From Patescibacteria group bacterium (GTDB lineage Bacteria > Patescibacteriota > Minisyncoccia > Phycocordibacterales > Phycocordibacteraceae): a DNA stretch of 63,394 nucleotides. The translations under genes were made by a program, and so were the position numbers. Positions 57,494-63,394 of the stretch are shown one piece after another. Position 1 is the first letter of the stretch. Each line of letters opens with the position of its first letter. Below the pieces are notes generated by a model that worked only from the letters and a program-made list of their open reading frames with translations, ran no database searches and was not told where the DNA came from. The stretch is taken from NCBI GenBank assembly GCA_038078715.1, contig JBBTSU010000003.1:34861-98254 (forward strand). Reading direction: 5' to 3'.

Positions 57494-57511
57494 AAAAGGT
57501 ATACTTCTGAC

Positions 57512-58195
57512 ATGCCCGAAGGTATTAGCCTATTCCGCAGAAAGACCCCTGAAGAACAGGAGAAGAACAAACGTCGAAAGGAAACGCTTAAGGATGCGCG
57601 CCTAGAACGACATCGCATCGTTTTTGGTTCTCAATTTCGTGAGAAACTCCCCGTCATCCGCAAGGCCGTCCAAGAACTACAGGAAAAATATCCCGCGATA
57701 GTTGCCGTCTCATTTTTCGGGTCACACATGAAAGCGTATGCAAACGACGCGTCAGATCTAGACGTGCTTGTTTCTATAGATATATCAAAATCTAAAGTTG
57801 ATTTAGACGATGCACATGACTATCGAGAATGGCTTGGTGGCCAGGTGCGGATCGCGCTTGATTCCGTAATGGGCAGTGTCTACAAGGTAGACGTCACCCC
57901 AGACCTACTTTCCAGCCCCCAAGAAGAATATTCTCATTACCTCTTCCTTCCATCGTTAGGAACTGAGGTGCAGTCGTACAGGGAGGCTTCTATTGCTGAA
58001 ATGGAGAAATACGGTCAAAGAGGAGAGCGCAAGTGGCGCGAACTCATGAAGCGTCTCTGGGCGTATGAAAACGAAGGGATGCCGAAATCTCTCGCTAGCA
58101 AACGAAAGAATCTATACCCGCAGAGTCTTTCTGCCGCCCGGAGTTACTTTCTACGAAAAGGCCGTAAGAATGACGATTTAGGCGAAGAGGGCTAA
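57512..58195 (+). CDS. Pol-beta-like nucleotidyltransferase domain protein, paralogue C (cassette 1)
   Basis: FFGSHMKAYANDASDLDV; LYPQSLSAARSYF. Confidence 0.75.
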   Translation: MPEGISLFRRKTPEEQEKNKRRKETLKDARLERHRIVFGSQFREKLPVIRKAVQELQEKYPAIVAVSFFGSHMKAYANDASDLDVLVSIDISKSKVDLDDAHDYREWLGGQVRIALDSVMGSVYKVDVTPDLLSSPQEEYSHYLFLPSLGTEVQSYREASIAEMEKYGQRGERKWRELMKRLWAYENEGMPKSLASKRKNLYPQSLSAARSYFLRKGRKNDDLGEEG

Positions 58196-58226
58196 AAAGG
58201 TTCCAACATCGTCCCAGACAGCCAGC
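58196..58226 (+). repeat. Cassette-boundary repeat copy B
   Basis: aaaggttccaacatcgtcccagacagccagc, directly after the TAA. Confidence 0.95.
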
Positions 58227-58268
58227 TACAAGTGCTACAATCTATCCACAGCAATCGGACATACCTCC

Positions 58269-58607
58269 ATGAGTCTTTCTGAACAGGCCGCGCGCTTACT
58301 GCTTATCTTGGCGGTTGCCTGCGCCATTCCTGCAGGACTAGCTGGCGCACTAAGTATATTCGTCGGGCTGCTCGCATCAGTGGCTCCGTATGCTAATCCC
58401 CTGTACGCCTTACTAGGATGGGTAGTGCCTGTACTTATCTGCGCTGTGCTTCTCGCTCTATTGATCTTAGCGGTAGCGAGCTATCGGTCTAAAAACCTGG
58501 GTCGCTCAATGATTCTCTCGATTATCTCTATAAGCATCAATCTTGCTATCTCCCTACTCCTTTTCACTGAAAGCGGGAGGGACATTCTTCGCCATCTGAT
58601 GACCTAA
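58269..58607 (+). CDS. Small multi-pass membrane protein (cassette 2)
   Basis: 112 aa, about 3 hydrophobic segments; TGcTACAAT upstream. Confidence 0.65.
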   Translation: MSLSEQAARLLLILAVACAIPAGLAGALSIFVGLLASVAPYANPLYALLGWVVPVLICAVLLALLILAVASYRSKNLGRSMILSIISISINLAISLLLFTESGRDILRHLMT

Positions 58608-58624
58608 CACATTAAGAAGGCGAC

Positions 58625-58656
58625 AAAGGTTCCAACATCGTCCAGAGACAGCCAGC
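58625..58656 (+). repeat. Cassette-boundary repeat copy C
   Basis: aaaggttccaacatcgtccagagacagccagc. Confidence 0.95.
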
Positions 58657-58676
58657 TAGAGGTATACTGAGCATAC

Positions 58677-59423
58677 ATGCCGTATCGTCCGGAACAAGGA
58701 CCAGAATTTCCAGATGTTGCCAAAGAAATAGGAAAGAATATAGAAGTGCTGCGAAAGGCGGGAAAATTGAAGTACCGGGGAGAATATGTTCTCAATGCTT
58801 CACCAATTATTTGTGAAGTACACCCACGTCAAATAAAAGAAGGAGTTCTTGGGGTGAACATAAATGCATACCAAGAAACGGAAAAGGACACGCACCCACC
58901 AGCACGTCTTGTACTCAAGGAAGGAATGGCAGATTCTCAAGACGTCAACAGCTTTCTTTCAGGAGTTGATTTTAATAAGTTTGTATTAAGCGTTATTGCA
59001 AGTCAGCGCGAACAACTTCATACAACCGAGCAGGAAATACGACTACGACAGGTGAAAATAGCTCGTGCCAAAGCGGTTCCCGATAGGCTCAATTTATACA
59101 AGCCCAGTGCGGAAGAATATATCGATGGAATTCTTGAAGATTTTCCGGCTGGTAGCAATCCAACTGAGGATCAGCTGAAAGAAATCGGCGTAACCGCTGA
59201 TAGATATAATCGAATTGTTCATGACCGAGCAGCAACAATTGAAGACGTTGCTAAAGAGATTATGGAAGGCGAAGAACAAGATAATGGCGTGGGCCTCCGA
59301 ATGGTGCAACAAGAACTTGAATGGCTTGAGGATATGGAGGCTAAAGTAATGCAGGAACAATATAAAATAATCCTTTCCTCTATTCCTTCTGCTGTCTTGC
59401 TTTCAGTAGATATTGGGTTTTAG
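58677..59423 (+). CDS. Hypothetical protein (cassette 3), visibly A/T-rich
   Basis: 248-aa ORF, 8 nt after TATACT; no recognised motif. Confidence 0.7.
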   Translation: MPYRPEQGPEFPDVAKEIGKNIEVLRKAGKLKYRGEYVLNASPIICEVHPRQIKEGVLGVNINAYQETEKDTHPPARLVLKEGMADSQDVNSFLSGVDFNKFVLSVIASQREQLHTTEQEIRLRQVKIARAKAVPDRLNLYKPSAEEYIDGILEDFPAGSNPTEDQLKEIGVTADRYNRIVHDRAATIEDVAKEIMEGEEQDNGVGLRMVQQELEWLEDMEAKVMQEQYKIILSSIPSAVLLSVDIGF

Positions 59424-59455
59424 AAAGGTCCCAACATCGTCCAGAGACAGCCAGC
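59424..59455 (+). repeat. Cassette-boundary repeat copy D
   Basis: aaaggtcccaacatcgtccagagacagccagc, directly after the TAG. Confidence 0.95.
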
Positions 59456-59477
59456 AAGAAATGATAGTATTTGAGCC

Positions 59478-60125
59478 ATGACACTCGTTAAATTTGAAGA
59501 CATACCTATCCGCGAATGCGGTGAGGAACTTGTAGATTTAGCACAATACGATTTCTTTCTTGAGCGTGCGTACTACAACCAAGGTCTTTCTTCAGAGCCT
59601 CGCATGTTCCTTCGCAAATCTGTTGCAGATAAACTCGCCGAAATCCAAAAAGGCCTCGGTGGCTACAAGTTCAAGATATGGGATGGTTTCCGCCCTCGAT
59701 CTGTACAGCAGGCAATCTATGAGAAATTCTGGAAGGAACTGAGCGAAGCGCACTCAGAATGGGATGAAGAAAGACTCAAAATGGAAGTTGGCGTATTTGT
59801 TACAGCTCCAAACAATCCAAACCGTATTCCGCCGCATGCAACCGGTTCTACCATTGATCTCACACTAGTTGATACGGAAGGAAACGAATTAGATATGGGC
59901 ACCGTGTTCGACTTCTTTGGCGCAGAAGCAGCACCTCTTTATTTTGAAGAAAATCCTGGAAACGAGGAAGCAGCGAAAAATAGAAAGATACTGCGCGAAG
60001 CAATGTTCTCCGCAGGCTTCGGAGGGGACAAGAACGAATGGTGGCACTTCGACTACCACAACCAGAAGTGGGCGGCAGAATTAGGGCACCCTGAGGCTAT
60101 CTACGGAGAAGCCCCTACGCCTTAA
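59478..60125 (+). CDS. D-Ala-D-Ala dipeptidase, M15D (VanX/DdpX family) (cassette 4)
   Basis: WDGFRP, PPHATGSTIDLTL, DMGT.FD, EWWHF. Confidence 0.9.
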   Translation: MTLVKFEDIPIRECGEELVDLAQYDFFLERAYYNQGLSSEPRMFLRKSVADKLAEIQKGLGGYKFKIWDGFRPRSVQQAIYEKFWKELSEAHSEWDEERLKMEVGVFVTAPNNPNRIPPHATGSTIDLTLVDTEGNELDMGTVFDFFGAEAAPLYFEENPGNEEAAKNRKILREAMFSAGFGGDKNEWWHFDYHNQKWAAELGHPEAIYGEAPTP

Positions 60126-60150
60126 AAAGGTTCCAACACCATCCCAGACA
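60126..60150 (+). repeat. Cassette-boundary repeat copy E (diverged at the 3' end)
   Basis: aaaggttccaacaccatcccagaca, directly after the TAA. Confidence 0.85.
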
Positions 60151-60173
60151 AGCGAAGAGTGTATACTATCCCT

Positions 60174-60491
60174 ATGTCAGAAGACCTAAAACAACCTGGA
60201 GAAGCACTTCCAAAGGAGCTTCAGACTTTTATTACTACGTACGAGGGAGCGTCAGAAGACCGTTGGATAGAGTGGTCTAAAGAATTAAGTGTAGAAAATA
60301 TCCGCCTCCTCCGGAACATGGCGGTTGCGCTCCTGCAACTTGGATCAGAGAATACGAATAGACGTGCAGAAGGTCTCCAGCTCTATAAAAATGGACAGGG
60401 CAGTACCGATGCACTCGTCGCTCCTCTTTTCTTTCTTTCCGAAGCAGCATTGAAGCGTATTGAAAGCGGACTCAATCAAGTCACCACCTAA
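60174..60491 (+). CDS. Hypothetical protein (cassette 5)
   Basis: ATG 60174 lies 6 nt after TATACT; 105 aa. Confidence 0.6.
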   Translation: MSEDLKQPGEALPKELQTFITTYEGASEDRWIEWSKELSVENIRLLRNMAVALLQLGSENTNRRAEGLQLYKNGQGSTDALVAPLFFLSEAALKRIESGLNQVTT

Positions 60492-60522
60492 TGCGCCTTC
60501 AGTGCGGTATACTTTTGGATAA

Positions 60523-62712
60523 ATGTTGAAGCGACTAGAAATCGCAGGATTCAAATCATTCGCGAAGAAGACTTCGCTTGATTTCTCATCGTCGGTCACT
60601 GCGGTTGTGGGTCCCAACGGGTCGGGTAAGTCCAATGTGGCTGAAGCCTTCCGCTTTGCACTCGGCGAGCAGTCTATGAAGAGTATGCGCGGGAAGCGTA
60701 GCGAAGATCTTATCTGGAGCGGTTCTAACACATCTCCTCGTTCTAACCGCGCCTCAGTGGCCGTTGTGTTTGATAACCGGAAGAAGACCTTCCCGAAGAT
60801 GGAGTTTGATGAGGTGTCTATTGAGCGCGCAGTGTATCGCGATGGTGCAAGCGAATACTCAGTGAACGGGTCTAAGGTGCGCCTCCGTGATGTGCAGGAG
60901 CTTCTTGCGAGCGCCAACATCGGTAACACGGGGCACCACATCATTTCCCAAGGAGAAGCGGACCGTATTCTTCTCTCCGCACCCCGTGAACGCCGCGCCA
61001 TGCTTGAGGACGCGCTTGGTCTTCGGATCTTTGAATTCAAGAAACAGGAGGCAGAGAAGAAGCTTGAGAAGACTGAAGAGAATGTAAAGCAGGTAGAGGC
61101 GCTTCGTCGGGAGATCCTTCCACACATTAAATTTCTTTCAAAGCAGGTAGAGAAGCTTGAGCGTGCAGAAGAACTCATCAAGGAACTCACCGCCGCAGTG
61201 CGTGAATATTTCGCAATAGAGGAACTCTACATTCGTAGAGAGAAAGCAACCTCTTCTACTCGTCTCAAGGACGCGAAGGAGCGTCTTGCCACCGTCTCTG
61301 CAGAGCTCGCACCACTCCAAGATCGTGCAGCAATGGATTCTGAGGGAATGAAGCGTGCAGAGGCAGTACGAAACGCAGAGCGAGAGCTTGATCGTGCGCT
61401 TGCGGACCATGCCATCTTGTCTCGTGAGATGGGACGAGTAGAGGGTGCACTTGAAGCCGCACGTAAGCGTGCCGAAGTGGCGACGCAGGAACCATACGTG
61501 AAAGTATCTCGCGAAGATTTGTCTGCCCTTAAGCACGAAGTGGAGGCGCAGGCGCGTATTGGAGACGGAAGCCCTGAAGCAATTCGTGCAGCCTTCATGG
61601 CCATCAAGTCTGCGATCACCGCGTTCTTTGAGCGTTTTGCAGGGGGAGGTGAACGGATGGCAGAAGAAGAACGTGAAGTGTATGTGCTAGAGGAAGAGCG
61701 TAAGGGTCTCGTCGCACGTGAAGAAGAACTTGCGGCCGCTTCAGAAAAGGCTCGCCATGCGCTCGTGCGCGCCCGTGAAGAGTCTGCCGCACATGAGGAG
61801 ACGGGGCGTGAGAATCAGTACCGTGTGCTTGATATGGCAGAGGCGAAGGCACGCGAAGAGGCGACTGTGGTTCGTGAAGAGAACCGTCAGCATGAGATTT
61901 CTATGCTTGCCGAGGAGCTTGAGCGCGATCGTGCAGAAGTTATGGCACTTGCCGGTACTGCGGCACTTTCATACGCACCACTCTCTGCGCTTCCAGAAGA
62001 GGAGCGTCGGGTGCAGGAAGATCGCAAGCGCAGCATGGAGCGCCTTAAGATTCGTGTAGAGGAAGCAGGAGGAACTGGAGAGGATGTACGCGCCGAATAC
62101 AACGATGCGACTGAGCGTGAGCAGTTCCTTACCCGCGAGCTTGAGGATCTTGCGAAGTCTGCAGAAGGACTCCGTGCCCTTATTCGTGATCTTGATGAGG
62201 AGCTTGGGAAGACCTTTGCCGAAGGACTCGCGAAAGTGAATGCATCCTTCACTGAGTTCTTTGCGATTATGTTCGGTGGCGGGAGTGCACGGTTGATACT
62301 TGAAGAATCCGAGGAACCTGACGAGGAAGATGAAGAAGGAGAGGTACATGAATGGAAGCCAGGTATTGAGATCTTGGTCAATCTTCCGAAGAAGCGTGTG
62401 CAGGCACTCATGCAGCTTTCAGGAGGAGAGCGCGCTCTTACGTCTATCGCTCTTATCTTTGCGATGAGCCAGGTGAACCCACCACCGTTCCTTATTCTGG
62501 ATGAGACGGATGCGGCGCTTGATGAAGCGAACTCTCGCCGTTACGGTGACATGATTGAAGGACTCGCGAAGAAATCACAGCTTATCGTCATTACCCACAA
62601 CCGCGAGACCATGAGTCGTGCAGGTATACTCTACGGAGTCACCATGGGAAATGATGGTATTAGTAAATTGTTATCCGTTAAATTTGAAGAAGCGATGATG
62701 GTCGCGAAATAG
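60523..62712 (+). CDS. smc: SMC-family ATPase, short (729 aa), no recognisable hinge
   Basis: Walker A GPNGSGKSN, Q-loop ISQGE, coiled coil, LSGGE, Walker B LILDETDAALD, ITHN. Confidence 0.9.
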   Translation: MLKRLEIAGFKSFAKKTSLDFSSSVTAVVGPNGSGKSNVAEAFRFALGEQSMKSMRGKRSEDLIWSGSNTSPRSNRASVAVVFDNRKKTFPKMEFDEVSIERAVYRDGASEYSVNGSKVRLRDVQELLASANIGNTGHHIISQGEADRILLSAPRERRAMLEDALGLRIFEFKKQEAEKKLEKTEENVKQVEALRREILPHIKFLSKQVEKLERAEELIKELTAAVREYFAIEELYIRREKATSSTRLKDAKERLATVSAELAPLQDRAAMDSEGMKRAEAVRNAERELDRALADHAILSREMGRVEGALEAARKRAEVATQEPYVKVSREDLSALKHEVEAQARIGDGSPEAIRAAFMAIKSAITAFFERFAGGGERMAEEEREVYVLEEERKGLVAREEELAAASEKARHALVRAREESAAHEETGRENQYRVLDMAEAKAREEATVVREENRQHEISMLAEELERDRAEVMALAGTAALSYAPLSALPEEERRVQEDRKRSMERLKIRVEEAGGTGEDVRAEYNDATEREQFLTRELEDLAKSAEGLRALIRDLDEELGKTFAEGLAKVNASFTEFFAIMFGGGSARLILEESEEPDEEDEEGEVHEWKPGIEILVNLPKKRVQALMQLSGGERALTSIALIFAMSQVNPPPFLILDETDAALDEANSRRYGDMIEGLAKKSQLIVITHNRETMSRAGILYGVTMGNDGISKLLSVKFEEAMMVAK

Positions 62713-62714
62713 GT

Positions 62715-63062
62715 ATGGCTCTACATATAGGAAGTTGTCATTGTCAGAGTGTGCGATATGAGGTGGATATAGATCTCTCCGCACCAGTGATTGAATGCAA
62801 TTGTTCACACTGCGAACCAAAAGGCTTTCTTCTTTCATTTGTGCCTGCGTCTTTATTTACTGCACAGGGAGAGGAGAACCTTACCGAATACCACTTCAAC
62901 ACGGAGAAGATTCAGCATCTCTTTTGTAAGACCTGCGGCGTGCAGGCCTTTGGCCGTGGCGAAGGGAAGGACGGTCCTACGGTTGCAGTAAACGTCCGGA
63001 CCATTAATGGCATTGAGCTTGGGAATCTGACCCGACTCCCGTTTGATGGGCGCAGTGCCTAG
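62715..63062 (+). CDS. GFA / CENP-V family protein
   Basis: GSCHCQSVRY, CNCSHC, HLFCKTCGV. Confidence 0.9.
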   Translation: MALHIGSCHCQSVRYEVDIDLSAPVIECNCSHCEPKGFLLSFVPASLFTAQGEENLTEYHFNTEKIQHLFCKTCGVQAFGRGEGKDGPTVAVNVRTINGIELGNLTRLPFDGRSA

Positions 63063-63109
63063 ATATCCCCAGGTCAGAATGGAATAAGAGGCGTATGCTA
63101 TACCCAACC

Positions 63110-63394
63110 ATGGGAGCGTTTGATTACTACAAGTACTACACGGGCAAAGCGGCGGACCTTCTTGATTTGTCAGAAGGAGAGCGCGTGAAGCTCACGACAC
63201 CGGACCGTGTGCTTAAGGCAGATCTCACTATTCCACTTGATGCGGGAGGTACCGCAACTTTTCCTGCATATCGCGTGCAGTTTAATAACGCACGAGGTCC
63301 ATACAAGGGTGGTATTCGCTTCCATACAAGTGCAGACGAGGATGAAGTGATGGCACTGTCTGCCATGATGGCGATTAAGTGTGCCGTCGTTGAT
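63110..63394 (+). CDS. gdh: Glu/Leu/Phe/Val dehydrogenase (probably glutamate dehydrogenase), 3' partial
   Basis: My translation from ATG 63110: ...AYRVQFNNARGPYKGGIRFH..EVMALSAMMAIKCAVVD, running off the window. Confidence 0.92.
   Translation, partial: MGAFDYYKYYTGKAADLLDLSEGERVKLTTPDRVLKADLTIPLDAGGTATFPAYRVQFNNARGPYKGGIRFHTSADEDEVMALSAMMAIKCAVVD

Noticed and set aside
57400-57495. Intact tRNA gene at the end of rnc
   Set aside because: Only a T-loop and 3' acceptor-like strand are present; the sequence where the 5' half should be is rnc coding sequence with no complementary acceptor strand.
57470-60150. Repeats as a CRISPR array
   Set aside because: The intervals are about 400-770 bp and contain whole genes, not 25-45 bp spacers. 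No cas genes are present.
58196-60150. Repeats as classical integron attC sites
   Set aside because: TTCCAAC after the stop codon resembles the R'' box (RYYYAAC, 6/7), but there is no downstream GTTRRRY R' box, no long imperfect palindrome and no intI in the window.
60345-61190. Long antisense ORFs (e.g. 60345..61190 -, 19999..20679 -, 51297..51944 +, 36104..36727 +)
   Set aside because: They lie opposite well-supported genes (smc, tkt, dnaE, GT2), have no recognisable motifs, and are explained by codon bias on the coding strand.
1-63394. Alternative genetic code (TGA=Gly as in Gracilibacteria/Absconditabacteria, or global TAG recoding)
   Set aside because: TGA ends genes at ATGA overlaps (6482, 11037, 15467) and TAG ends gap, fbp and rnc at their expected C-termini. 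Conserved genes are full length under code 11.

Overview
Chromosomal window from a small-genome bacterium, most likely Patescibacteria/CPR (Parcubacteria-like). That assignment is inferred from gene content: a giant GNVGIGTT-repeat surface protein, short PheS/RF1/EF-Ts, NusB-NUDIX fusion, hinge-less SMC and promoters abutting start codons. Genetic code 11. Layout: (1) 1-16 kb, envelope island with a giant tail-fibre-like protein, a peptidoglycan-binding protein ending in a Hint domain, five tandem His/Cys-rich paralogues, a Thr-type sulfatase-like protein, a membrane spermidine-synthase-like protein, a Cys-less cupredoxin and a protein with a predicted N-terminal His. (2) 16-24 kb, central-carbon cluster (gap, rpiB, two rpe, split tkt, fbp, pfkB, fba), where one Rpe and the aldolase lack key catalytic residues. 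(3) 24-48 kb, housekeeping and surface genes, including a lytic transglycosylase broken by an in-frame TAG, tRNA-Thr, pheST, gyrB and a sortase with a PYTG substrate candidate. (4) 48-63 kb, thrS preceded by an unannotated Thr7 leader-peptide attenuator, dnaE, rnhB, rpmF, nusB, rnc, then five accessory genes each preceded by a conserved tRNA-3'-like repeat between rnc and smc. The strongest candidates for undescribed biology are the repeat-delimited cassette array (57470-60491), the His/Cys paralogue and putative copper locus (3960-15964), and the thrS attenuator (51236-51375). No database searches were run, so all family calls rest on motif recognition.
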